The notes under the pieces were generated by a model, which was given only the letters and a program-made list of their open reading frames with translations, did no database searches and was not told the DNA's origin. A DNA stretch of 64,000 bases. Origin: Priapulus caudatus. Its lineage: Eukaryota. Below, piece by piece: positions 40,732-54,907 of the stretch (within the stretch, counting starts at the first letter, position 1; each line of letters begins with the position of its first letter). Both the position numbers and the translations under genes were made by a program. Where the stretch lies: the NCBI RefSeq assembly GCF_000485595.1, contig NW_014577061.1:1640013-1704012 (forward strand), written 5' to 3'.

Positions 40732-41688
40732 TACTAATAATTTGGCGAATGTTTGTATGTATGTATGGTATGTTTGTGAAAGGCCTTCGCAGCTCGATCA
40801 AATAGCGCAAAATTTAACAGAAGAGATCGATGATACAGGGGATACGGGTTCTAAACTATACTCGTTTTAAAACCGTTTTTTCGGGGTCTTTAAAAAGACA
40901 AAAAAACATACAAGAAGGTAAACATTTTGGCCTGACAATAGGGGGCGCTGTTTTGTTTACGTTCTGTTTGTATTTCGTTTGCTTTCAACAGGTTCAATTT
41001 CGTGTCTGTCTGTGGTATCTCTGTTCTTGGTCTGTTGTCTGAGATTGTGTAAGCCCATAAACAAAATGTAAGTAGAAGATAACGCATGTAATAAATGAAG
41101 TTAAACATTCATGTAGTATTTGGCCATAGTTTCGCCATATGCGATGTGCAAGTTGAATTTCATCAAGTGCAGATTTTTTTTGGAAGTGCTGCGCAAGTGC
41201 TGTACAGTGTACGGTGGCCGTGGACACCGATCTGTCACAACGAGGTCCGATCACAAGCAACGTAAATATTACGCTCGTCCCGCATAGAGTGCAAACATGC
41301 GTGAAATTAGCGATCACAACCACGCAATTTACCTTGGTCGCACACAGTGGAAAACATGCGAAGCACGTAATATTACTTTACGTTATACCCATTCACATCT
41401 ATCTATATTCTAACTTTGGAGTCCCGTATCATCAACAGTAACTTAGATACAATAAAACCGTTTCTGTGTGGGTGTGTGTATTTCACTGTGTACTTGCCAA
41501 AACAATGGTTAATGTGTTACGTGTAAGCATGATTGCACACTGTATTTTGTATATGAACTTCTCAACGGCATAAAAAAACAAACATGTGCCAACAACTAAA
41601 CCTCTCCAATATACACCTTACACATAAGCAACTATGCCACTGGCCATCAACAGTCACTAAGCCCGCGCGTAGCGCGGGTTTCAGCTAG
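40729..41688 (+). mobile_element. Non-autonomous Helitron
   Basis: 5' A|TCTTACTAATAATTTGGCGAATG followed by (TGTA)n; 3' hairpin CCCGCGC-GTA-GCGCGGG (41662-41678) then CTAG|T; no TSD. Confidence 0.88.
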
Positions 41689-42279
41689 TATATATAAAGA
41701 CGCTATAATAGACGCGGCAATAATTCGAATACGAAGTCATTCATCGCGAATTCATCAAGAATGACTTCGTATTCGAATTATTGCCGCTATTGCCCCTCAT
41801 TCGGAGTACATCACTGGAACATTTCGATGATTTAATAGTGATTCTCTCCTTCTTTGAGCATAACTACTGCATTCATGCACCTGTGGGATCGAAGATGAAC
41901 AGATGTGCACACTTTCAGCTTGAGCGAGGATTCGCCGCATGGTTTGAGTAAGCTCACGGTGCAAGTTTGAAATAAACGGACGCGGTAATGAAAACCACAC
42001 CATATATTATTTACCGTTCCTTACGTAGTGTAGCTACAAGAAATCGTCCTTTCGGGTAGCTTTTGACGATCAGATAGATGCCATGTTGCTTTGCCGACCA
42101 CAGGCGGCCAGTGTAATCTCTCTATAATGCGCGTGACACAACGGCTCAGCTTGGCCATTTGATGTCCTAAAAACCTTCTCCGACAAAGGGCGCGCAAAAG
42201 CAAATACATGTTGTTTGATTCATAATAGATCACAGGATGCAGTCGTCATGGTGATATACAATCTTCTGCCTGATTGAGG

Positions 42280-42900
42280 GTATAAGTAATAGTTGTTCCT
42301 CGGCGCGAGGAAAAAGACGCATGCGCGACGTGTGTGTGCGTGCGTGTGCGTCTTTCCCTAGCTGTGAACATGGGCGCTGAGTGTCAAATGTAGTATGTCG
42401 ACTCTTGCTGGCGGGCTTCTATGCTCGGCTTTCTCCGTGCACAGTGGCACAGGGGACGGATGGTGGCTGGGTGGGAGCGGCCCGTCGCCGTGGCGTGAGC
42501 GCCGTCTCGCGTCGAAGTGAAAAAAACGCGGCGCCGTGGATATACGTAGCCGAAGGTCCGGGATGCGCGCGGCGGCCGGCGTCGGCCGGGCGGCGGCGAC
42601 GGCGGCGGCGGCGGGCGGGGCGGGGCGGTTGTGCGACGGGGAGCGATGCGCACCGGCCCCACGGGGACGCGGCTCGCGGCGCGCTTTTAAAGTGTTCGCA
42701 GCTTACACTTTGATCCGCGCGGCCATTAATATTTCATCAAAGGCTCGCGACGGAGAAAGGCTCTTTGCTACCGTGTGCTGTGGCATTTAGCGAGGAGCAA
42801 TGAAAGCCGCGTGGCCGTGGCCAGCGAGCGCGACGGGGGTAGGGGTGGAGGTGGGGTGGGGTGGGGGTAGGGGGGGGGGCGATCACCGCGTCGAGGACGT
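42280..42900. promoter_or_regulatory. CpG-island-like GC-rich region with GC boxes (candidate promoter)
   Basis: Dense CpG, (GGC)n run and GGGCGGGGCGGGGCGG at ~42615-42630; no credible ORF. Confidence 0.4.
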
Positions 42901-44137
42901 GTGCTCCTGTTTGCTGTTGCCGTAAGAGGCGGTTTTTTTCACGAGTGTTTTCGTCCCGAAAGTTGTGCAAATATGAATTGGGGGCGAAAGTTGTTACGGC
43001 TCTCGAGTTTAGTACGTTGTTGGTCATAAGCAAATACTCGTGGCGTGTATTAAAAGGGTGACAGAAGTAGAGTGCGTGTGTATATATAAGAATTTCCTGT
43101 TTTTGTGCGCCTAGCAGTATTAGTCTAGGATTAACACTGTTGCTTTTAACACTATATTTAAGTACCTCTACACACGTGCACAGGCACGTCAGACTCACTT
43201 ACATGCGTATGGACTAACTCCCCCCGCACACACGCAAGCGCGCACACACACACACGCACGCACGCACGCACGCACGCACGCGCGCGCACACACATCGATA
43301 TATTTAAACCTCGGCATCTATTTAGAAATGCGCTTTCGTCTATATTTCCCATATTCGCCACTTCATTAACTGCTCCTATGCAAATGGCCGGCTAACACCA
43401 TCCCGTTGCCTGGGAAACGAGCGGAATACACCCCCTGCTGCTCTCGCTGACTTGTGTGAAAAGAAATAGAATCCGGTTGCGTACTGGCTAAATCTTTCAT
43501 TAGCGGATCTGTGGAAATGGCAAAGTGTTCATTTGCAGCTAATACAAGTGCCCGAGTCTCGCTCTGTCCATTTGACCAGTGGCATCATTTGCATCATTTA
43601 TGACCTAAAGAAAGGGCACGCTGGCCTGGGCGAGGCCAACGCACAAGGAAGACAGCTAATGGAAAATGTTCTCTGATTTAATATGTAAATGCAACTCTAT
43701 CCACTTATTTCCCTTGGTATTTGCGCACACAGGCTAGCCGAAACGGACTTATTACCGAGAAAATATAAGCCGTCAGGCGCCTACTGCAAACATGACCCCG
43801 ATTGTGGCAAGAAAATTCATATTGAAAAGCATGTCTCATGCCATTAGAGCAACTACGCAAAGGCTGATCTGCATTGCGCCGCGTACGGGGTGGATTGAAT
43901 AGCCTTCAGAAGGGGTTTACTCTGGGGCTGCGGGCAAATGAATTGTTTGGCAACGGCGACTGGCCAAGCAATCTGTAGATGGTCGCTCACTAGTGTAGCT
44001 CAGTAGTAGAAATCTACGAGGACGTGCACGAGTGGCTTCACAGACTTTGGCGAAAAAACAGCTGGCAAATTCTGAGAAAGGGGTGTTGTTCCGATCCCTT
44101 CCCCTACCCTCCCTCCCCGACGCTTGCACCGTAGATG

Positions 44138-44399
44138 CACAGGCACTTGGAGCGTCTCAATAAAAAATAAAAAGCTAAATGAATATATATAAGTGTATAA
44201 TATATATACTATATATATATATATAGGGCCTACGTGTAAATATGCAGCGGCGTGCGTGCAGTGTACCTGTGTGTTGCAGAGGAAATTATCGGCAATAATA
44301 GGCGAAAGAGAGTAGAGAAAGATCAATACTTTGATAGTAAATACATTTCGTGTTTATTTAGCATAATTTTTTTTTATTGAGACGCTCCAAGTGCCTGTG
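44138..44399. mobile_element. hAT-like MITE, CACAGGCACTTGG family
   Basis: TIR CACAGGCACTTGGAGCGTCTCAATAAAAAA and its inverse; internal GGAAATT.TCGGCAATAATA.G.GAAAGAGAGTAGAG shared with the 35654 copy; TSD degenerate. Confidence 0.85.
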
Positions 44400-44429
44400 G
44401 GTATAGATGTCTGCGTGCAACGAACAGAC

Positions 44430-45595
<1,166 letters not shown>

Positions 45596-46676
45596 TGGAA
45601 CCCGTTGAGGGGAGATATCGCAAAAATCCTCCGTCCGAACTTTAAGGCTTTGTGCGAAGCAACCCTGTCTCTCGCATGCTATGTTTGCCTTATTGAAACC
45701 CACTCAACGAAGTCGTATAATTCGGGCACAAGAAAAAATGGAATTCCATGTCAATATTAGTTCGTGATATATATTCGCATGCGTTTTGCTGTCGATGAGA
45801 TCCGGGAAAATATATTATAGTTGTCGTAAGCGCGTCATCGTGTGGCAGAGTGATCCGACGCTGCGCGTGTTGGCAGGTTATTGCAATTCAGATGATAATG
45901 TCTGAACTGTGCAATATTGAATTTCCTGATGATAATAGTGGTGAGGGTTTTCTGCCGAGTGTAATTATAACTGGGCAAGCTGTGTAATATAAATTAGATC
46001 AAGATTAGATGTATATCCAATTATACTTTAATCTGAATGTTTGTTAGTGACTAGCGTGATCAGGTGGGAGCGTGGGTGATGGTCGAACATTCACTGCGCT
46101 AGGCTTGCAACCCTTATAACATCAAACTATAGATCTAAACTACTTGCCGGCGTACTACTCTATACGTAATGTCATGCACAGTTGTTATGATCCGGTCATC
46201 ATAAGCGATAGCGGCCCTATATTACCATATTAATTGCGCATGCTGTAATGTAACTCGTTTTCCGTTCGAGAGTGTGGCAGTGCCCACGGCGTGTCGCTTT
46301 GGTGCCTCCGCGCTAGCCCATGTTGATAATGGCGGATGTTTTCGGCGCGCGTAGGCCCAGTAGACCTTTCCAATTCATGTCACGCTGACTGGTGGCAAAT
46401 ATTGTACTGCCTTAATGACAAACCCGCGCTCCCGATGGAAAAGTATTAAAATCTCAAGCCCTCTATACGAGGCAGCGGTGCGTGGTTGACTGGGATCGGG
46501 TGCGTGATTCAGGCCTCGTCGCGCTGATGGTCTTCTGATTGGTTTGGGCCACGAGCACGTCTCCACGCCCGCACACTGATGGCTGCACTGCACGAACGAA
46601 CGCGGCAGGAGTGTCCCATCTGCCTTCAGCCGCGAAGGGAGCGGGGTGGTCAGGTCTTAGCAACACCCCCCCCCTG

Positions 46677-46760
<84 letters not shown>

Positions 46761-46770
46761 CACGACACAC

Positions 46771-46860
<90 letters not shown>

Positions 46861-47336
46861 ACCTACTCGACTCTACGGTAGCCGGTGAAGCAGCGACATT
46901 ACGTTTTCACATGAACACACCCAGACCAACGCCAACCAACTATTGAGGAGAGCAAGGTGGTCTCAAATTTATTAGATTTAGGTCGTAACTCAATTATTTA
47001 TTTTGAATGCTGGCGTTTTTATTGCAACATACATGCAACAGGCCGTATTCGTAAGGCCAAATACTTTAGAGAATTGCCTACCGTGGCAGTAATTGAACAT
47101 AATACTATAGTACACACGGACATCAGGCATGTATTTTTTCATATCTTAAAACTCGCCTTTACTGCATAGAAAGCCCTGAAGGTTCCTTCTGGCGGGTCGA
47201 TGTCTCACTAATTCTATTTAAGAACTTGTTCACGTGACCGTCGTAATATTGAACAACGAAATTTTGTGTTGGAATATTTCGGCGAGTTAATGATTTAGAT
47301 GGTTGTAGCTGAGTTCCCCCATCTTTCTTTCCCACT

Positions 47337-47430
<94 letters not shown>

Positions 47431-48239
47431 NNNNNNNNNNNNNNNNNNNNNNNNNNNNNNNNNNNNNNNNNNNNNNNNNNNNNNNNNNNNNNNNNNNNNN
47501 NNNNNNNNNNNNNNNNNNNNNNNNNNNNNNNNNNNNNNNNNNNNNNNNNNNNNNNNNNNNNNNNNNNNNNNNNNNNNNNNNNNNNNNNNNNNNNNNNNNN
47601 NNNNNNNNNNNNNNNNNNNNNNNNNNNNNNNNNNNNNNNNNNNNNNNNNNNNNNNNNNNNNNNNNNNNNNNNNNNNNNNNNNNNNNNNNNNNNNNNNNNN
47701 NNNNNNNNNNNNNNNNNNNNNNNNNNNNNNNNNNNNNNNNNNNNNNNNNNNNNNNNNNNNNNNNNNNNNNNNNNNNNNNNNNNNNNNNNNNNNNNNNNNN
47801 NNNNNNNNNNNNNNNNNNNNNNNNNNNNNNNNNNNNNNNNNNNNNNNNNNNNNNNNNNNNNNNNNNNNNNNNNNNNNNNNNNNNNNNNNNNNNNNNNNNN
47901 NNNNNNNNNNNNNNNNNNNNNNNNNNNNNNNNNNNNNNNNNNNNNNNNNNNNNNNNNNNNNNNNNNNNNNNNNNNNNNNNNNNNNNNNNNNNNNNNNNNN
48001 NNNNNNNNNNNNNNNNNNNNNNNNNNNNNNNNNNNNNNNATTACGATCACACATAGCGCACCCGCTCTCTCTCTCTCTTTCTCTCTCTCTCTGTGTGTCT
48101 CTCACGTTCTCTCCCTTTCGCCCGCCTCTCCCTCGCTGTCTCTATCTCCCTCGCTGAGAAAGAGAGAGGTGGGTGGACGAAGGGCCGAGAAGGAACGAGA
48201 AAACAAGAGAGAATACAGAGCGAGAGCGAGGGATATATG

Positions 48240-48282
<43 letters not shown>

Positions 48283-48719
48283 ACATCTACTGAATTCCGG
48301 ATGGTTCGCATTGTTTTGGAGCAGCGTCGTGCCATGCTGCGTTGCCAGCTGTATTACGTGAGCGCGCACTCACGTCACGATCTGCGGTGATCATCAATAA
48401 GCTAATTGCTGGTCGTCTCCTGCAGCTGCACGCGCGCACAGTACGCTTTCGGTGATGAAGACCCTCGTTCGCCACGCATGTGCAAACACGCGCACGTGCG
48501 CCCGAAAAAACACCTCTGCAAGCTTTACCCCGAACACCCTATCATTTTCATGTGTGCATATCGCCTATGAGTTCGTTCGTGCTTTAAGATTTGGAGAAAA
48601 AAATCCCCATGATAGGGTGAAGTAGGGGGGGGGGGGTTGCATTGGGGAAAAATTAAGACGCATGGTTTCGGAGTATTGGCGAATCACGCTGGTCGTGCTC
48701 CTACTATTCTACTATAAAC

Positions 48720-49639
48720 GATATATCACCATTAGTTTCCACCCCATCATCAAATCCCAGCCGCAATCAGTCATCTCCCTGCTATCACAACGTTTCCCCC
48801 ACCAGTCGCCAATCTACTATCATAACCCCGCCCAAATCGGCGATCACCCAGCATCACAATCTCTCGCCCAGAACGTGGTCCCCTTACTATTACAATCCCT
48901 TCCCCATCAGTGAGCCCCACACTATTACGACCCCTCCCCCAACATGGGTTCCCCTACAATCCCAACCCTTCCTCCATCTGTGGTTTCCCTACTGTCACAA
49001 TCCCTTCCCAATCGGTGACCACCCTACGTCACAACCCCTGCCCCAGCGCGGGTTTTTTCCTGCTACCACAACCCTTCCCCTATCAGTATTCCCCCTGCTA
49101 TCACAACCCCTACCCCAGCGCGGGTTTCTTCCTGCTACCACAACCCTTCCCCTATCAGTATTCCCCCTGCTATCACAACCTCTACCCCAGCACGGGTTTC
49201 TTCCTGCTACCACAACCTTCCTTCATCAGTATTCCCTCTGCTATCACAACCCCTACCCCAGCGCTGGTTTCTTCCTGCTACCACAACCCTTTTCCTATCA
49301 GTATTCCCCCTGCTATCACAACCCCTACCCCAGCACGGGTTTCTTCCTGCTAACACAACCTTTCCCCCATCCGTATTCCCCCTGCTATCACAACCCCTAC
49401 CCCAGCACGGGTTTCTTCCTGCTAACACAACCTTTCCCCCATCCGTATTCCCCCTGCTATCACAACCCCTACCCCAGCACGGGTTTCTTCCTGCTAACAC
49501 AACCTTTCCCCCATCCGTATTCCCCCTGCTATCACAACCCCTACCCCAGCACGGGTTTCTTCCTGCTAACACAACCTTTCCCCCATCCGTATTCCCCCTG
49601 CTATCACAACCCCTACCCCAGCACGGGTTTCTTCCTGCT
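48720..49639 (+). repeat. 72-bp minisatellite (dimer of ~36-bp monomers) with a degenerate left flank
   Basis: CCTGCTATCACAACCCCTACCCCAGCACGGGTTTCTT + CCTGCTAACACAACCTTTCCCCCATCCGTATTCCC; runs into an N gap. Confidence 0.95.
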
Positions 49640-49649
49640 NNNNNNNNNN

Positions 49650-49707
<58 letters not shown>

Positions 49708-51813
49708 ATATATAGATAGATAGATAGATATATAGATAGATATATAGATACATAGATAGTAGATAGGCATGCATGCATGCAGTCAGGCAGTCAGGTAGGT
49801 ATAGAGATAAACGAGAGAAAACAAAATAAGTGAAGAGTGAAGGGATGAAACGGTGAATTAGGCTTACTGCAACAGCTTCAGTTGGTGGCGCAGTTTCGCA
49901 ACGGGGGTTAACGGAATTATCGCGGAGTAAATCGCTTCGCAAAGTCTATCCTGGTTTTTTTCTGGCCAGAAAAACCCAAGCGCGTTCCACACAGCGTTTG
50001 TCACAGCCTTGTCGAAGCGCGAGCAAATGATGCAATAATTTTGTCCGTCCAAATCCGGCGCATCATTTGTGATTATCTCTCGCCCGTAAAGGCTCATTTA
50101 TTGGCAATGGCTTTGTCTTGGATCAAATAAGCCGTCGGGGAAAGCACGACACTCTTCGTTATTAAGCACTTTCGAACGGGCGAGCGCTGTTCCGAGTGCT
50201 GTTGCTGACAGCCTCCGTGATGATGGCTTTTGCTTTCGCATAGGATAAAATCGTCGGGGATAATAGCGTTAGTGTCAGCTTGCCCGCTGCGCAAACGCGC
50301 CACTGGTTAGTTCCCACTCGTCCTCGGTCGACGTTTAAGTGTCACTGTTTTTACTCTGTCGCTGTCTTGTCAGCACGGCATATCATTAAACTGAATTGAA
50401 CGTTGAAAATAGTGATGATATGGCAAAAGATATTTTATGTGAGCGTGACATAGGCACGCACGCACATAGACTGCATGATCATGAGAGAGAGTGTGTTTAC
50501 GAGAGAGACGAACGGACGGACAGACGGACGTTAAAACCAAGAAAACGGATAACTATAACGGACTCGCAATCGAGAAGATAGGGAGCTAATTAAAAAATGT
50601 ATACCAAATTATAGTGCGTATAGATTACACGCTGAAAACACTATTAACAGCGGCTACATTGCGTGAGACGGGGCGAGGCAGGTGGTGGGGAGAGAAGTGG
50701 TTGACACCCAACCGGTCGAGACAGGTGGAGAGGCGGGATGCGGAGGTTGCGATCAAACATTGAGGATGGATGTCGTCATCGGTGGATGCGGTGACCCAAT
50801 ACAAATGAACATTCGCGGCTCGGGGAATGTAATTACACTGGGCACGGCTGCGCGCGCGGCGAGTGCTCCGCGTGTCCTCGCCATCGCCACTCGGCCTTGT
50901 TGCTGTCATCTGCCGCTGAAGCAATTTTTGCCCAATTGGTCAGCAGCAAATAACCTCTCGCGCTAAATACTGTTATCTGCAAGATTGATCAGTTGTTCTC
51001 GCGGCGTAATGTGTTGCGGGCAAAATTGATGCGGAAGAGTAATCGCCATCTAGAAGGAGGACGCCGTAATATGTCCAGGACCCGACGCCATTTATTTTGC
51101 AATATTCCACAAAGTGGACGCACTTTCTCAGCCGGAGAGACTATATGCAGTGGGTTCGGGTTGCGGGGCTGTACGGTAGGAGGGGTGCAGGAAGGAAGGA
51201 AGAAAGGGGCGAAGGAATTAAGGAGATAGAACTGAATAGACGGCAAACTTCGTCGTTAGTACACACGGACGCGAGTGTCGCGCAGGTTTAAGGCGCGATG
51301 CTCAGCGTAAAGTATATTGAAGGCGGGGTGGGGGTAAGGTGTGGGGAAATATGAACTGACAGGCGAACAAAGCGTGCCGAGACTGTGCGGGCAGTCTCCC
51401 CGTATACTCGGTCAACGAAGATAACTCGGTTTCACCGACAACATGTCGTTTTTGATCAGCATGCCATTTAGGTTGCTTTTTGGCGATGATTGCATGAGAA
51501 AGCCGTGCAGTGACACAGGGCGAGTGGTCCGTTGCCGCTAAGATCAATCCATAGGAAGACAAAAGACTATAAATTGAGGAAATGTTGAGTTCATTGGCAA
51601 AATGCCATCGTCTGCAGTGTAAAAATATGTTACAGTGCGATCAGGTTGTATTGCGTGTTCGCGCTAGAGATTGCATCGATGGACCGAGCACTTAATTGTT
51701 TCTCGAGATAAGAATAGACATAGAATGGCCGTCTAGGTATGTGTAATTTCCGGTAGAATATGAAACGTTTACACACGCACGCACGCACGCACGCAACGCA
51801 CAGACACACACAG

Positions 51814-51865
<52 letters not shown>

Positions 51866-51892
51866 NNNNNNNNNNTATACTTCTTATATGTA

Positions 51893-53206
51893 CTAGCTGG
51901 GTAGCCGGCTTTGCTTGGGGAAAACCGTTTACCCAGGAACAACTTTTAGAGCAAATTCAGCCACATGTAATCACTTGATTCTAAGGTTAGATTCGTAAAT
52001 ATTGTGACAAAAACAGTTCGAACGATTGTGTGATTCTGTGTAGTGAAAGCTTTTGGATATACAACATTGTTATTAAATTGCGCCAAGTTATTATGAATAT
52101 GCCTCTCTGGCTGTGCAATCTTCGCACACTACATAGATTAATAAACTAAACGAAATACATAGGTCAATAAAATAAACACGTCAATATAGCACGATATCAG
52201 ATCAGGGTATAAACACAGAGTTTCCCGACTTGGTTCTTTCTTCTAGCTTCTAATGCAGCATGCAGTATATGAATGCAGTATGCAGTATATTAACTTCGTT
52301 CTTCTTTTTGCTTCTAATGCAGTATAGAGTATATTAACTATTTCACTGCTGCACCAACACTCTCACGTGTACGCCTGACGCAGATGGGGTCGTTGTCGTA
52401 TCAGGTACTACAGATATGTACCCGAGGTAGTTTTAGGTTGTTTAGTATTATGTTTATATTTTTATATAATTAGGAGGTAGTTTTAGGTTGTTTAGTATTA
52501 TGTTTATATTTTTATATGAGGTATGTTTAGGGTTGGGGTTAGGGTTACGGTTAGGGTTAGGGTACACTTATGTAGTACAAGTCTGGTACACTTTGTGTAT
52601 ACATATATGTACCTCGGGTACATATCTTTACTGTAGTACATGATACCACAACGACCCCTTCAGCACAACTGACTCGCTGGCAATTGAGAAACACCAGCTA
52701 ACTACTGATATCGAAAACGAAACCGAACCTGAAACCTGTCAGCATTTCTGGAGTAACGCACTGCCCAGTCTACGTTTTATTTCCTTTACCGCGTTTTATT
52801 TAGCCGCGTTTTACGTTTTATACACGCGCGCTATCGCAGAATGCGCTGCGAGCCACACCAACATACATTGCGCTCTACGACAACAACAGCTATTTCGAAG
52901 GGTTCGTACTTTTAAACAACAACGACAACAACCTTACGACAACAACCCTAACCCTAACTTGCTTTTAAATTGTAGTTTGTAGTTTTTATCTTTTTAAATG
53001 TGCTTAGGCCACCCTAAGGGTGGTCACCTAACAGTGTGGCAATTTTGGGTATCCTGAACCAATAAACCGCGGAATGCATAGCAAACAGACACAGACAGTG
53101 CGTGCGTGCGTGCGTGCGTGCGTGCGTGTGCGTGCGTGCGTGTGTGTGTATGTGTGTGTGCGTGCGTGCGTGAGTGCGCGTGTGTGCCATTCACTGATCT
53201 ATATAG
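51893..53206 (-). mobile_element. Probable older Helitron; 5' boundary uncertain
   Basis: Minus-strand 3' end CCCCAAGCAAAGCCGGCTACCCAGCTAG|T resembles the 54137 terminus; microsatellite-bearing 5'-like region at 53040-53206. Confidence 0.5.
52386..52658. mobile_element. Small TIR element with internal TTAGGG-like run
   Basis: GGGGTCGTTGTCGTATCAGGTACTACAG..GATATGTACCCGAGGTA is inverted at 52609-52658; internal 44-bp duplication; TTAGGG variants at 52527-52562. Confidence 0.75.
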
Positions 53207-54136
53207 GGCTATTCTGTGCGTTAGTATATACATAATCTCTATAGACGTATATAGACTATATTACAGGGAACANNNNNNNNNNNNNCCCACCCCTCCCCCG
53301 ACGTCATTCCCGTTGGCCGACCGCCCAGCCCAAATGAGCCCTATTCACGGCGATTAAGCCGAAAATTCATCACCGTTACTTATTAAGCCAGTAATTTTGC
53401 CAGTTGTTTTACGGTCACGCGCCGCCGTGGGGGTGGGGCGGCGAGCGCGGGGGCAGGCTGGGGATCAAGTGCTCGCGCGCGATATAGCTGTGTGTGTGTG
53501 CGCGCGCGCGCGCGCGCGTGTGTGCAGATTAGGATGGCCGCCTGCTGTTAGCTCGTTTGTTGCACGGAGCGCGGTCATCTAATCACCGACAGCGCTGTTT
53601 TGTGAACGGCGGCGCGACTTTGCAAGGTGTGATAAAATAATGATATGCATTTGTCGTGCCGGGGGACATAAAGGTCAGGACATCTGTCACTGCGAACGCC
53701 TGCGACGTGTACCGATGCATTTTCATTGGCTTTGCGTCGAGAAGTGTGTAGCGGGGGCCACTCTGCCCTCGAGCTAAAACTTTTAGGGGACTATTGATAT
53801 TTCTAATTATTTCTTCGGTACAGTGTATCACATTTCTCGCCTGCTTCTTTTGCCGCTCGCCGTTGCTGCGAGCTGGAGATGTTTCCCATGGATCGAGCGG
53901 ATGAAAAATGAAATTTGAGTAGAAATTTATTTCTGAATATATGCCTCAAAATTTGCCCGTTATTGATTTTGCCTGGACGCTTATTATATTTTGGAGGCAA
54001 ATAAATGAGCTCCCACTGTGCGTAATCGGCTCATATGTATAAGTAACTTATTTATTACATTAGATTTTTGTGCATATATGGTATTGTGTTGGCGACAGTC
54101 GTTACCAACAACTACTCCTCTACAGTTATACTGTAA

Positions 54137-54907
54137 CTAGCGGGATACCCGGCGTTGCCCGGGGAAATCAGTGGCGTTACTCAGTTGGTGACCGCTTGGT
54201 TGAAAGGAAAATATACAGAAAAATCTAACTATCTATCTATCCATGCATCCATGCATGCATGCATGCATCCATCCATCCATTCTATTCCATGCCATCCCAT
54301 CGCACCGCATCCCATCCCATCCCATCCCATATCCCATCCCATCCCATCTCATGCCATCCCATGACATGCCATGCCATGCCATGCCATCCCATCGCATCCC
54401 ATCGCACCGCATCCCATCCCATCCCATCGCATGCCATCCCATCCCAAACAGTAAAAAATAATAAGAAATCAAAAGTTAAAGGACATTAAATATAAAAAGT
54501 ACAAATAAAAAAAAAAAATAAAAAAAAAATACATACTAAAGAGGGGAAAAAAGGAAAAAAGGGGAAAATAAGTTTCTCAGCTGGGATTCGAAACCGGAAT
54601 CCCGGTGTAGGAGACGGATGTTCTAGCGATTAGGCCACTGCGCCGTATACCCATGGATTCACACGTACGGACCGGTGCTTACAGATTAACATCACGTACC
54701 GTACGTGATGTTAATCTGTACGCACCGCCATCTATTGATGAATAGAATTTTTATGAATTTTTTACTTTGTAACTTCTTTAAATTTTTACCTTCAGTACCT
54801 CCCAGACGTGCTGATTCTGAAAATATCTTTAGTTTTCCTGTAGGCTGCGGAGTTCTCTGGTTATGCGAGTACGAACTAATTCGGCTGAACAACTTTATAT
54901 ATATAGA
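54137..54907 (-). mobile_element. Non-autonomous Helitron carrying a tRNA-like cassette, a palindrome and (CCATC)n
   Basis: Minus strand: 5' A|TCTATATATATAAAG; 3' CCCGGGCAACGCCGGG hairpin then TATCCCG CTAG|T. Confidence 0.88.
54576..54644 (-). pseudogene. tRNA-like/SINE-head cassette inside a Helitron
   Basis: Minus strand GGCGCAGTGGCCTAATCGCTAGAACATCCGTCTCCTACACCGGGATTCCGGTTTCGAATCCCAGCTGAG has A- and B-box-like motifs at tRNA spacing; the acceptor stem does not pair. Confidence 0.6.
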
